NCBI GenBank assembly: GCA_963840885.1
Contig: CAWJAN010000005.1
Location: 12,887 to 76,886 of the forward strand
Reading direction: 5' to 3'
Source of the DNA: an uncultured bacterium
GTDB taxonomy: Bacteria; Patescibacteriota; Minisyncoccia; Phycocordibacterales; GWA1-40-21
Length of the DNA stretch: 64,000 nucleotides
Positions 9,054 to 19,360 of the stretch are shown piece by piece. A program made the position numbers and the translations under genes. How positions within the stretch are numbered: position 1 is the first letter of the stretch; each line of letters opens with the position of its first letter. The notes below the pieces were generated by a model, which worked only from the letters and a program-made list of their open reading frames with translations, was not told the DNA's origin and did no database searches.

Positions 9054-10928
9054 ATGAAGAAAACTCTGTCTTATTTTGATTTTGACAATATCCTGGCTTT
9101 TTTTCTTGTTGCCGTTCTCGCTTCTAATTATTTTGATTTTCTTAAATTTTCATACAGCGATTATATTCTGATTGCCGTAGCTATCATAGCTACGCTTCCT
9201 GTAATAAAGAGCGCTTATTATTCTGTCTTGGATAAAAAGATATCCGTTGACTTGCTTGCTGCAATAGCCCTGGTATTTTCTCTTTTGAGCTGGGAATGGG
9301 TTTCGGCGATATTCATAAACCTCATGCTTACCTCATCAAGAATACTTACCACATACAACCAGAACAAAGCAAGAAAAAACATACAAGCCCTTCTTAAACT
9401 GAAACCAAAAAAAACAAAAATCAAGAATTCCGAAGGAAAAATAATTGAGGTAAAGCCGGAATCCGTAAAGATCGGAGATACGGTAATAGTCGCTCTCGGA
9501 GAAAGGATTCCTATTGACGGCTCGGTCATAAGTGGAAGCGCAAGCATAGATGAATCTTCCCTTACAGGCGAATCAATGCCGGTATCTAAATCCGTAGGAG
9601 ATATGGCTTACAGCTCGACTCTGGTAGTTTCCGGCGGACTCGAAATAAAAGCAGAAAAAGTCGGCGCAGAAACGACTCTCGAAAAAATAATAGAACTGGT
9701 TGAAAAAGCCCAGATAGACAAGCCGGAGATAAGAACTTTCGCTGAAAAATTCGCAACCTGGTACATAGTTGTTATTTTCATTGCTTCCATAGCGGCTTAT
9801 TTCATAACGCGCAGCTTGTCCTTCGTTTTGGCTCTTATGCTTGTTGTCTGCGCTGACGATGTAGCCGTTGCTGTTCCTCTGGCTTTCCTTACGGCAATAG
9901 GATATGCGGCAAAAAATGGAGTAATAATAAAAGGAGCAAGCTTTATCGAGGCCCTTAAGGATGTAAAAGTCATATTCCTGGATAAGACCGGCACGCTTAC
10001 GAAAGGTATTCTCAATGTAGAAAAATTCGTTCCATGCAATAACTGCGATAAGGAAAAAATACTCAGGTATGCCGGAATGGTCTCTGTCTTTTCAAACCAC
10101 CCTATTTCAGAAGCCATAGAAAAATATGCGGAGAAAGAATACGTGGACGGACCTAATGAATATCTTCCATCTGATTTCAAAGAAGTGCAGGGAAGCGGAA
10201 TAGGCGCGAATATAGGAGATGAATTATTTTCTATGGGAAAAATTTCCTATATCGAAAACCTCGGGGTAAAAGTCAGCGAAGATTTTAAAAAAGAGATTCT
10301 TTCCGAAGAGGATAAGGGATACAACGTTACAGTGGCTTCTCTGGGCGATAAATTCGTCGGATACTTTATCCTTGCTGATGAAATAAAAGTTAATATTAAA
10401 AAAGAAATCGAGGAACTCAAAAAACTCGGGATTGAGAGGATAATAATGCTTACAGGAGACAACGAGAGGGTGGCGAAAAGAATATCTGAAACTCTTGGAA
10501 TAACCGAATATTATGCCGGGCTCTTGCCGGAACAAAAGCTTGATTTCATAAGAAAAACCTTGAGCAAAAAATACAAAACGATGATGGTTGGCGACGGAGT
10601 AAATGATGCTGCAGCGCTCAGTCTGGCTGATATAGGGGTCGCCATGGGGATGGTAGGCATGGATGTAACCATAGAATCCGCAGACATAGTGCTTATGAAA
10701 GACGATTTCTCCAAAATAACAAAGATCATACAGATGTCTCATTATGTTATGAAAATTTCAAGCCAGGATTTTATTATATGGGGTATTACCAATATTGTCG
10801 GACTTATCGGGGTATTCGCCGGAATACTCGGACCGAGCGGAGCCGCGGCATACAATTTCCTTACCGATTTTCTGCCTGTGGCGAATTCAGGCAGGATATT
10901 TTTCCTATATTTAGGCAGAAAAAAGTGA
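9054..10928 (+). CDS. P-type ATPase, P1B-like topology, with no N-terminal metal-binding domain and an atypical TM6 motif
   Basis: DKTGTLT phosphorylation motif and MVGDGVNDAAAL hinge. The TM6 region reads VVCADDVAVAVP where CopA has IACPCALGLATP. Confidence 0.8.
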   Translation: MKKTLSYFDFDNILAFFLVAVLASNYFDFLKFSYSDYILIAVAIIATLPVIKSAYYSVLDKKISVDLLAAIALVFSLLSWEWVSAIFINLMLTSSRILTTYNQNKARKNIQALLKLKPKKTKIKNSEGKIIEVKPESVKIGDTVIVALGERIPIDGSVISGSASIDESSLTGESMPVSKSVGDMAYSSTLVVSGGLEIKAEKVGAETTLEKIIELVEKAQIDKPEIRTFAEKFATWYIVVIFIASIAAYFITRSLSFVLALMLVVCADDVAVAVPLAFLTAIGYAAKNGVIIKGASFIEALKDVKVIFLDKTGTLTKGILNVEKFVPCNNCDKEKILRYAGMVSVFSNHPISEAIEKYAEKEYVDGPNEYLPSDFKEVQGSGIGANIGDELFSMGKISYIENLGVKVSEDFKKEILSEEDKGYNVTVASLGDKFVGYFILADEIKVNIKKEIEELKKLGIERIIMLTGDNERVAKRISETLGITEYYAGLLPEQKLDFIRKTLSKKYKTMMVGDGVNDAAALSLADIGVAMGMVGMDVTIESADIVLMKDDFSKITKIIQMSHYVMKISSQDFIIWGITNIVGLIGVFAGILGPSGAAAYNFLTDFLPVANSGRIFFLYLGRKK

Positions 10929-10943
10929 TATAATAAAAAAATT

Positions 10944-12047
10944 ATGGATCGGCAAGATAAAAAACAATACGGTTCGTTTGTTTTCATCTCCGTAATGCTT
11001 TCTTTGGTTTTGTCCTTTCAAGTTGCAAACGCATCAATAACTACTGATCTGTCGGCCGGAATAACAAGTGCCGTAAAATTCATAGTCCAGGACGTATTGG
11101 GCGGGGTTAAAAGCCAATTTTGCAACCTTTATTTGTCCGAAACACAGAACGGTGCCTGGAAACAGGGCGATATCCAGACAAATATAGGGGGAAAAATATG
11201 CCAAGGCTATACGCCGCCATTAAGTAATCCGATAAATTTAAATACCGCTCTGGACGCAAGCGGAACCGGCACCTCATTTGCTCCTTCTTCGTTGCCAGAT
11301 ACAAGCGGCACGGCAACATTCACTCCGCAAACAAGCACTCCCGGAGCGCTCATGGGAGATGTGACGGCAGAAGGCACAAATCTTGATTCTTACTCCATAA
11401 TATATTGGACTAACATAGAAAGGCAGAGCGAAGGAACAGGCCTTTCTTCTCTGAATGAAAACGGCGTGCTTGATTCCATTGCCGCGGAAAGGGTCAATGA
11501 CATGTTCAATAAAGGATACTTTGCCCATATTTCTCCGACAGGCGATAGCGCCTCAAAAGAAGCTGACTCTTTCGGATATGATTATATAAATCTAGGAGAA
11601 AATATAGCTCTTGGAAATTTCGGCGGATCCAGAGACCTCTTGCTTGCTTGGATGGCAAGCCCTGGACATAGGGCGAATATCTTGAATGCAAATTACACTG
11701 AAATAGGGGTTGCTGCGGTACAAGGAATGTATCAGGGACAAAAAGTTTGGATAGCTGCCCAGATTTTTGGAAGGCCAGTTTCAAGCTGCACCGAACCTGA
11801 AACCTCATTGAAATCCCAGATAGATGCCGGAAAAAGCACAGCGAGCGACCTGATGTCTCAGATACAGAGCCTGCAAACTGAAATAACCGCTATGGATAAA
11901 TCGAATGTAACGGAATATGATGCCAAAGTCGCAGATTATAATGCGCTTGCAAAACAGTACGACGATATGGCTGCGAGCGTAAAAAGCCTCGTGTCTGAAT
12001 ATAATACCGAGGTGCAAACATTTAACGACTGCATTAAATCAAAATAA
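10944..12047 (+). CDS. Secreted CAP/SCP/PR1-like domain protein with a C-terminal coiled-coil
   Basis: Signal peptide, then a GYFAHISPTG...ASPGHRANIL..YTEIGVA CAP core. Confidence 0.7.
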   Translation: MDRQDKKQYGSFVFISVMLSLVLSFQVANASITTDLSAGITSAVKFIVQDVLGGVKSQFCNLYLSETQNGAWKQGDIQTNIGGKICQGYTPPLSNPINLNTALDASGTGTSFAPSSLPDTSGTATFTPQTSTPGALMGDVTAEGTNLDSYSIIYWTNIERQSEGTGLSSLNENGVLDSIAAERVNDMFNKGYFAHISPTGDSASKEADSFGYDYINLGENIALGNFGGSRDLLLAWMASPGHRANILNANYTEIGVAAVQGMYQGQKVWIAAQIFGRPVSSCTEPETSLKSQIDAGKSTASDLMSQIQSLQTEITAMDKSNVTEYDAKVADYNALAKQYDDMAASVKSLVSEYNTEVQTFNDCIKSK

Positions 12048-12049
12048 AA

Positions 12050-12556
12050 ATGGTACTTGCGGCACATTCCATAGTAGGCGCAGCTCTTGCGAATATGTTT
12101 CCTGATAATCCGGCAGCCGGATTCTTGCTTGCATTTGCAAGCCATTACGTAATAGACGCCATTCCGCACAGGGAATACGATATAGAAGGATTCTTTGACG
12201 AAAAAAATAAAAAGTTCAATTCTGTTTTCAGCAGCCTCATATCACTCAAAAGATTCTTCATGATAGGCTCTGATTTCGGAATTGGAATAATATTATCGCT
12301 ATTGATTTTTGCGCGCGACGAAAAAAGCCTGATCGCCACGCTTCTCGGTATTTTGGGCGGGGTTTTGCCGGATGCGCTGCAATTTTTTTACTATAAGTAC
12401 AAAATCGAACCGTTTGTTTTCATACAGAAATACATACATGACGTATTCCATAGCCACGACAAGATGTATGACCGTCCGATACGCGGATATATAAACCAGA
12501 TAATTACGGTAGCAGTTTTTATACTGCTGTTTTTCTTGGTAAAGACTAAGCTCTGA
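12050..12556 (+). CDS. Hypothetical membrane protein, possibly YdjM/DUF457-like metal-dependent hydrolase
   Basis: Multiple TM segments and His/Asp residues in ASHYVIDAIPH; weak family call. Confidence 0.35.
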   Translation: MVLAAHSIVGAALANMFPDNPAAGFLLAFASHYVIDAIPHREYDIEGFFDEKNKKFNSVFSSLISLKRFFMIGSDFGIGIILSLLIFARDEKSLIATLLGILGGVLPDALQFFYYKYKIEPFVFIQKYIHDVFHSHDKMYDRPIRGYINQIITVAVFILLFFLVKTKL

Positions 12557-13235
12557 TAAGATCTTCAAGTTCTTCTCCTTCTATTTTCCTGTACTGTCCT
12601 GGATTCAAGTCGCCTAATCTTACGTTCATAAAACGGACTCTTTTAAGGGATTCTATAGGCAGGTTGAACGCATCACACATCCTCCTTATCTGATGTTTTT
12701 TGCCTTCCGAAAGAGTTATGGAAAAAACCTTGTCTGCGATAAGCTTTGTCCTGGCCGGCTTTGTTTCAAGATCTCCTTCGAGTTCCATGCCTCTTTCCAT
12801 TACTTTCAGCTGATGCGGTTTTACGGGAATCCTTGTCTTAACGATATATTCTTTTTCGTGATTATAGACAGGATTCAAAAGCTTATCTGTAATTCTTCCA
12901 TTGTCAGTAAGTATAAGCAGGCCTTCCGAATCCTTATCCAGCCTGCCGATAGGGAATATGCCTTTTATTCCTATCGAGCTCGCCACGTCCTTTTCTCCTT
13001 TTTTCTGCCTTACCGTTATAAGGCCTCTCGGCTTGTAATAAGCATAATAAGAAAAATCTTTTTTTATGCCGTTTTTAATTTCAACTTTGTCTTCGGAGCT
13101 CACTTTGTCTCCGAGCACTGCTTTTCTGCCGTTAACAAAAATCTTGCCGGCTTCTATAAGCCTGTCTATATGCCTTCTTGAAAGAGAGTGCTTGTCTGCC
13201 AAATATTTGTTTATCCTGGTCTTTTCCATAATCAC
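12546..13235 (-). CDS. rRNA pseudouridine synthase (RsuA/RluB family) with an S4 domain
   Basis: S4 motif at the N-terminus and the catalytic GRLDKDSEGLLILTDNG motif. Confidence 0.8.
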   Translation of the reverse strand: MIMEKTRINKYLADKHSLSRRHIDRLIEAGKIFVNGRKAVLGDKVSSEDKVEIKNGIKKDFSYYAYYKPRGLITVRQKKGEKDVASSIGIKGIFPIGRLDKDSEGLLILTDNGRITDKLLNPVYNHEKEYIVKTRIPVKPHQLKVMERGMELEGDLETKPARTKLIADKVFSITLSEGKKHQIRRMCDAFNLPIESLKRVRFMNVRLGDLNPGQYRKIEGEELEDLIRA

Positions 13236-13277
13236 GTCTAATCTAGCATCTTTAGCAAATATTTAAAACATGCTAGA

Positions 13278-13907
13278 ATGCTTTCCGTTATGATACCGCA
13301 TGTAGTTGCGCACGATACATTTTTCATAAGCACCGTGGAACAATTCTCATATCTGGGAATATTCTTTTTTGCTATTGCTTCCGGATACATAATACCGGTG
13401 CCAGAAGAAATAACCCTGCTCATTGTAGGATATATGGCAAGAATGCGGATAATCCACCTTACTCCGGCAATATTCATAATCATAATAGCCTTCATAATAG
13501 GAGATAATATCATCTACAGGCTCGTGCTTAAAAACAATAAATTTGTTGCTAAGCTCATACACGACGTGCTTTCTCTTAAGTTCATCGTCAGGAATAAAAA
13601 ATTCCTGGACAAGCATATACATCTGACAATATTCATCACTAGATTCTTCCCGTTTTTGCGCTTCGTGGGCCCGGTTTACGCCGGATATACAAAAGCGAAA
13701 GAAAGCATATTCCTGACATTCAATACTCTGGCTATAGCCATATATGCGCCAATGGTTATGCTTATAGGGTATTACTTCACAGGAAATTTCGGCCAGATAG
13801 CCGGACAAATAATGAGAGCTAGGCACGTAATAGTCGTGCTAGCATGGATAATAATCGGACTTATAATAACAAGGATAACCGACTACGTATTCAGGCAAAA
13901 CAATTAA
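13278..13907 (+). CDS. DedA/VTT-family membrane protein
   Basis: GYIIPVPEEITLLIVGYMA motif and multiple TM segments. Confidence 0.55.
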   Translation: MLSVMIPHVVAHDTFFISTVEQFSYLGIFFFAIASGYIIPVPEEITLLIVGYMARMRIIHLTPAIFIIIIAFIIGDNIIYRLVLKNNKFVAKLIHDVLSLKFIVRNKKFLDKHIHLTIFITRFFPFLRFVGPVYAGYTKAKESIFLTFNTLAIAIYAPMVMLIGYYFTGNFGQIAGQIMRARHVIVVLAWIIIGLIITRITDYVFRQNN

Positions 13908-13930
13908 AACGCCTTAGCGGCGTTTTAATT
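13899..13930. terminator. Bidirectional terminator hairpin between convergent genes
   Basis: AAAACGCC-ttag-CGGCGTTTT, with an A tract on one side and a T tract on the other. Confidence 0.45.
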
Positions 13931-14650
13931 TTAAGAGAGAATCGAAAAGTGAAAAGATTTTTGCATTATTTCCAGGACCTCATCCTCGGAATCAACTATT
14001 TTGTATATTTTTTCATCCTCTGCGCTTATGGTCTTATATTCTCTGCTGAGTTTTTCGTCTATGAGTTCCAGAACCGGTTTCCAGAAATCGCTTCCCACGA
14101 GTATAACCGGCCTTCTTTCGACTTTATTTGTCTGGATAAGCGTAACGAGCTCGAAAAATTCATCAAGTGTTCCGAAACCGCCAGGAAAATAAATGTAAGC
14201 CTGCGCGTAGAAAAAAAGCAGCGCTTTCCTGTCGAAAAAATATTCGAAATCTGCTGATTCCGTAACGTATTTGTTTGTCATCTGCTCCTTAGGAAGCTTT
14301 ATAGTTATTCCTAAAGATATTCCTCCGGCTTCATAGGCTCCGCGGTTTGCAGCCTCCATTATTCCAGGTCCTCCTCCGGTAACAACCGCATAATTAAGTT
14401 TTTTTACTATTTGGGAAGCTAAAGACCTGGCAAGCTGGTAAAACCTGTTATCTTCGGTGAATCTTGCGGAACCGAGAATGCTGACTGTTTTAGGATATTT
14501 TTTTATCAGATCGTAGCCTTTGCTTAATTCTACAATGCTTGTCCTTTTTCTTTTCCTTATAATTTTATCCATTCTCTCTAGGGTGAGAGGTCCGGATTCT
14601 ATCTGGTTTCCGTATTTTATGTTCTTATCGTTCGTAAAAAATCTTAACAT
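13931..14650 (-). CDS. LOG family protein (TIGR00730 Rossmann-fold nucleotide-binding)
   Basis: VVTGGGPGIMEAANRGA and PGGFGTLDEFFE motifs. Confidence 0.8.
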   Translation of the reverse strand: MLRFFTNDKNIKYGNQIESGPLTLERMDKIIRKRKRTSIVELSKGYDLIKKYPKTVSILGSARFTEDNRFYQLARSLASQIVKKLNYAVVTGGGPGIMEAANRGAYEAGGISLGITIKLPKEQMTNKYVTESADFEYFFDRKALLFFYAQAYIYFPGGFGTLDEFFELVTLIQTNKVERRPVILVGSDFWKPVLELIDEKLSREYKTISAEDEKIYKIVDSEDEVLEIMQKSFHFSILS

Positions 14651-14803
14651 GTGTTTTTTGGGAAAATTCTTATAAAATCGCCTGTAAATTATACCATAAA
14701 AGCTACAATAAACTTTTCAACACAGTATAATTGTTATTATTGGCTTCTTTGTTATAATTATGCCCATATTAGCAATTTAAAAAAACCATTATTTATCAAA
14801 ATT

Positions 14804-15265
14804 ATGATTGACAAAAAAACCGGAATAGCTGTAGCGATTTCCCTCACTGTCATTCTTCTAGCATTCGGCGGTGCAAATTATTTAACACAAATTTTCTCTG
14901 GTCAGGAAAATAACCAACAACAGACAGCTTCAGTGACACCACAAGATCAGCTTCAAATTCAGGACGTTGCCACAGGAACAGGAACTGTGGCCGTAGCAGG
15001 AAAACAGGTCACGGTAAACTATACCGGAGTCTTCGAAGACGGCACGAAATTCGACAGCTCCATCGACAGAGGCCAGCCTTTCACATTTACCCTCGGTGCA
15101 GGCCAGGTGATAAAAGGGTGGGATATCGGAGTCGAAGGAATGAAGGTCGGCGGAAAAAGAATCATAGTGGTTCCTCCTTCGCTCGGATACGGCGCAAACG
15201 ATTACGGGCCTATTCCTGGAAATTCGACTTTGATTTTCTACATAGAACTATTAGACGTAAAATAA
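14804..15265 (+). CDS. FKBP-type peptidyl-prolyl cis-trans isomerase, membrane-anchored or secreted
   Basis: GVFEDGTKFDSS...GQVIKGWDIGVEGMKVGGKR motifs. The start was moved to the internal ATG at 14804, just before the TM helix. Confidence 0.75.
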   Translation: MIDKKTGIAVAISLTVILLAFGGANYLTQIFSGQENNQQQTASVTPQDQLQIQDVATGTGTVAVAGKQVTVNYTGVFEDGTKFDSSIDRGQPFTFTLGAGQVIKGWDIGVEGMKVGGKRIIVVPPSLGYGANDYGPIPGNSTLIFYIELLDVK

Positions 15266-16552
<1,287 letters not shown>

Positions 16553-16571
16553 AAAGTGATAAAATAAGATT

Positions 16572-17330
16572 ATGTCAGAATACTATAAGCCGAATAGGGG
16601 AGCAGCGTGGAATTACGGCGGAAAGAACTGGAGATTGAGCCGTTCAAAAATAGACCTCTTCTTAGAATGTCCTCATTGTTTTTATCTGGATAATAAGCTC
16701 GGCGTCAAACGGGTGCCAGGATTTCCTTTCAATCTCAATTCCGCTGTAGACCATCTGTTGAAAAAAGAATTCGATTTTCACAGGGCGAAAGGAACCGGAC
16801 ATCCTCTTATGAAGAAGTACTGCTTGGATCTGATACCGTTCAAGAATGAAAAGATGGACGAATGGAGAGATTCACTCAGAAAAGGGGTCCAGTATTTTGA
16901 TACGAAAAACGGATTCACCGTATCTGGCGGAGTCGACGATATATGGGTAGATAAAAATGGTGATTTGACCGTCGTGGACTACAAAGCTACTTCTAAAGAC
17001 AAGGATATAGTTTCTCTGGATGAAAGCTGGCAGGATGGCTATAAAAGGCAGATGGAGGTATATCAATGGCTTCTCAGGAAAAACGGCTTCAAAGTTTCCG
17101 ACAGGGGATATTTTGTTTACTGCAACGGCAAAACCGACAAAGAAGCTTTTGACGCCAAACTCGAATTTGACGTAAATCTGGTTCCATATGACGGAAACGA
17201 TTCCTGGATTGAAAAAACGCTGGATGATATAAAAAAATGCCTGGAAGGCGGCACCTTGCCGGCTTCCAGCGAGAATTGCGATTACTGCTCATATTGCAAC
17301 TCAAGAAATGAAGCCGAAAAAAATAAATGA
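16572..17330 (+). CDS. PD-(D/E)XK nuclease, Cas4/RecB-like, with a Cys cluster (standalone)
   Basis: GGVDDIWVDKNGDLTVVDYK (D...D-x-K) motif, QMEVY (QxxxY) motif, N-terminal CPHC and C-terminal CDYCSYC. Confidence 0.55.
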   Translation: MSEYYKPNRGAAWNYGGKNWRLSRSKIDLFLECPHCFYLDNKLGVKRVPGFPFNLNSAVDHLLKKEFDFHRAKGTGHPLMKKYCLDLIPFKNEKMDEWRDSLRKGVQYFDTKNGFTVSGGVDDIWVDKNGDLTVVDYKATSKDKDIVSLDESWQDGYKRQMEVYQWLLRKNGFKVSDRGYFVYCNGKTDKEAFDAKLEFDVNLVPYDGNDSWIEKTLDDIKKCLEGGTLPASSENCDYCSYCNSRNEAEKNK

Positions 17331-18106
17331 AAACAGTAAAAATAATTTTTATAGCGCTTGCGGCATTATCGTTCGCACAAAATTCTTTTGCGGCTGATGC
17401 CAAGATAAATGCCGGAGTTTTGCCGAGCATCTGGTATTCCACCACCACTCCTTCCATCGATGAAAATATTGAAATATACGGGGGCATCCAAAACCATTCG
17501 GATTTGACGCTTTCTATTGAAGCTGTTTTTTATGTGGATGGAATGCCAAATTCAAAAATGATATTCATTTCCAATCCAAAAACGCTGATAGAAATATCAA
17601 GCCCTTGGACCGGTATATACGGCAATCATTCGATTCAGATAATATTGGACCGGATTTCAAGCGGCACTTCAACGGAAATGGCTACTAGTTCGCTAACTGC
17701 ATATGAAAGCGACAAAAACACTATAAATGTGTCGAATAATGTCACATTAGGATATATCGAAAATAGCGCCGTGGCTATAGCGGCAAATATGATAAGTTCT
17801 ATAGATAATTCCGCAAATAATCTGGCTGATCAGATAGAGACGCTCAAAAAGCCGGTTTCTGAAAATTCCGGCGCCGCTTATTCCGAAAATTCTCCGGAAT
17901 CGTCAGGTACTTCAGAAAATATTCAAATACCTGGAACCAGAAAGGTAACGCCAGCTTCCGTATTGTCGGCTGTCACTAATAGCAATATTTTCAAAACGGC
18001 ATACAATTATTTTATAGATTTTTTTAGCCTTATAATAAGGAACTGGGTGGTAAGCCTGGCCATACTTCTTTTTCTAATGTTTATTTTTAAATTCATGACA
18101 GGCTGA
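17327..18106 (+). CDS. Hypothetical secreted, membrane-anchored protein
   Basis: Signal peptide and a C-terminal TM segment. The start codon overlaps the upstream stop (ATGA). Confidence 0.45.
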   Translation: MKTVKIIFIALAALSFAQNSFAADAKINAGVLPSIWYSTTTPSIDENIEIYGGIQNHSDLTLSIEAVFYVDGMPNSKMIFISNPKTLIEISSPWTGIYGNHSIQIILDRISSGTSTEMATSSLTAYESDKNTINVSNNVTLGYIENSAVAIAANMISSIDNSANNLADQIETLKKPVSENSGAAYSENSPESSGTSENIQIPGTRKVTPASVLSAVTNSNIFKTAYNYFIDFFSLIIRNWVVSLAILLFLMFIFKFMTG

Positions 18107-18110
18107 TGCT

Positions 18111-18374
18111 ATGATTAAGAAAAAATATATAATTATACTTTTAGCTATTTTTCTCGTTCTTTCGGCTTTTGCGGCGTACTATATATATTATCTGAACATG
18201 GCCCACAGTACGTTCGAAAACTATTATGCTTTTCGTGGTTGCACAACCTTGGTTGAAAAAACCGATACTTATGGAATCTGTAATACAGATTCCGGACAAA
18301 CAATAAAAATAGTTAAATTCCAAAATGCATGGTATCTGGATGGCGACCTGCCATGCAGCTTTTTGTGTTTCTAG
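18111..18374 (+). CDS. Small Cys-containing membrane/secreted protein
   Basis: N-terminal TM segment and 4 Cys residues. Confidence 0.35.
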   Translation: MIKKKYIIILLAIFLVLSAFAAYYIYYLNMAHSTFENYYAFRGCTTLVEKTDTYGICNTDSGQTIKIVKFQNAWYLDGDLPCSFLCF

Positions 18375-18448
18375 TGGGCGATACAGGGTTCGAACCTGTG
18401 ACCTTGCGAATGTGAATCGCACGCTCTAACCAACTGAGCTAATCGCCC
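18375..18448 (-). tRNA. tRNA-Val (anticodon CAC)
   Basis: Manual fold of the reverse complement: GGGCGAT acceptor, GCTC/GAGC D-stem, TGCGA-TTCACAT-TCGCA anticodon arm, GTTCGAAC T-loop and discriminator A. Confidence 0.85.
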
Positions 18449-18485
18449 CGAATATTTTTTTGTAAATTTGCAAGCGCACCAAACT

Positions 18486-18509
18486 AGCCCAAACAGCTAA
18501 TCGCCCTAC
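18486..18509 (-). pseudogene. Remnant of the tRNA-Val 5' half (GGGCGATTAGCTG...)
   Basis: A 12-nt exact match to the tRNA-Val 5' end plus partial anticodon-arm similarity; no T-arm is present. Confidence 0.35.
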
Positions 18510-18593
18510 TCAAAAATTTATATCATGAAAAAAACTTTAATACTATTTTGATTTTTATCATATTATATAATATACTTTGCGGGTTATTATTTT

Positions 18594-18666
18594 GGGCCGC
18601 TAGCTCATTTGGTAGAGCGCATCCATGGCATGGATGAGGCGACCGGTTCGATCCCGGTGCGGTCCA
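18594..18666 (+). tRNA. tRNA-Ala (anticodon GGC)
   Basis: Manual fold with G3:U70, a CATCC-ATGGCAT-GGATG anticodon arm and a GGTTCGATCC T-arm. Confidence 0.85.
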
Positions 18667-18684
18667 CTAGGAGCGGATAATAAA

Positions 18685-18755
18685 GGGCCTATAGTATAGT
18701 GGTAGCACGCGTCATTCGCATTGACGAGACCCGGGTTCGACTCCCGGTAGGTCCA
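18685..18755 (+). tRNA. tRNA-Ala (anticodon CGC)
   Basis: Manual fold with G3:U70, a CGTCA-TTCGCAT-TGACG anticodon arm and a GGGTTCGACTCCCGG T-arm. Confidence 0.8.
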
Positions 18756-18798
18756 CATAAGAATAAAATGAAAAGCGGTTTTCATTTTATTCTTATGT
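18756..18798. repeat. Perfect 19-bp inverted repeat (hairpin) directly after tRNA-Ala
   Basis: CATAAGAATAAAATGAAAA-gcggt-TTTTCATTTTATTCTTATG. Confidence 0.55.
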
Positions 18799-18904
18799 GG
18801 ACGGCGTAGGTATATTTTGCACAGCAGTACAAAATACCGAGCCAGGGTCGTGAAAATTTTCGAGTGACAGCAAGAAAATTATTCCTGACCACAAGTTGAA
18901 TATT

Positions 18905-18976
18905 CGGAGCGTGGTGTAACGGTAACATATACGATTCGGGTTCGTATGACTCCGGGTTCAAATCCCGGCGCTCCGA
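18905..18976 (+). tRNA. tRNA-Pro (anticodon CGG)
   Basis: Manual fold with C1:G72, a TACGA-TTCGGGT-TCGTA anticodon arm and a GGGTTCAAATCCCGG T-arm. Confidence 0.85.
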
Positions 18977-19062
18977 CAATTAAATTTTTATTGACACCTC
19001 AAATCAAATAACATAAAGTTATTTGAAAGAGTTCTTAATTGAAATTTCAAAGGAGGTGCATT

Positions 19063-19272
19063 ATGTCTTCAAAAAAGAAAACTGCGCCTGCTTTTTTGCA
19101 GGATACGTGGATAAAAAATGAGCAGAGAGATGCAAAATTCGGCGATACTTTCCGGCCTCTATTGCTTCTTGGCGTAGCCACTATGTGTCCTTATTGCAAT
19201 ATGGTCATAAGCAATGAATATCTTCTTGACGGGCATGATTGCCCCGAGTGCAAGAAAAGGATCAAAGATTAA
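19063..19272 (+). CDS. Tiny zinc-ribbon protein (CxxC...CPxC), paralog 1
   Basis: SD AAAGGAGG 7 nt upstream. Contains CPYCNMVISNEYLLDGHDCPEC. Confidence 0.5.
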   Translation: MSSKKKTAPAFLQDTWIKNEQRDAKFGDTFRPLLLLGVATMCPYCNMVISNEYLLDGHDCPECKKRIKD

Positions 19273-19297
19273 TTATCTGTGGTCCTTTTTTGTTTGT

Positions 19298-19326
19298 TTG
19301 ACATGATATCTTATATAATTTAATAT
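19298..19326 (+). promoter_or_regulatory. Sigma70-like promoter TTGACA-N17-TAATAT for zinc-ribbon paralog 2
   Basis: Hexamers were read directly from the sequence. Confidence 0.4.
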
Positions 19327-19360
19327 AAAAGCTAGGATTATTCTGAAAAGGAGGCGCGCT

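Noticed and set aside
12546-12556. 11-bp overlap of the convergent genes 12050-12556 (+) and 12546-13235 (-)
   Set aside because: Short convergent overlaps are common in compact genomes. It was noted but not treated as a feature.
18600-18979. Two minus-strand ORFs (61 and 65 aa) in the tRNA region
   Set aside because: They overlap the tRNA-Ala, tRNA-Ala and tRNA-Pro genes, which were folded by hand on the + strand. They are spurious.
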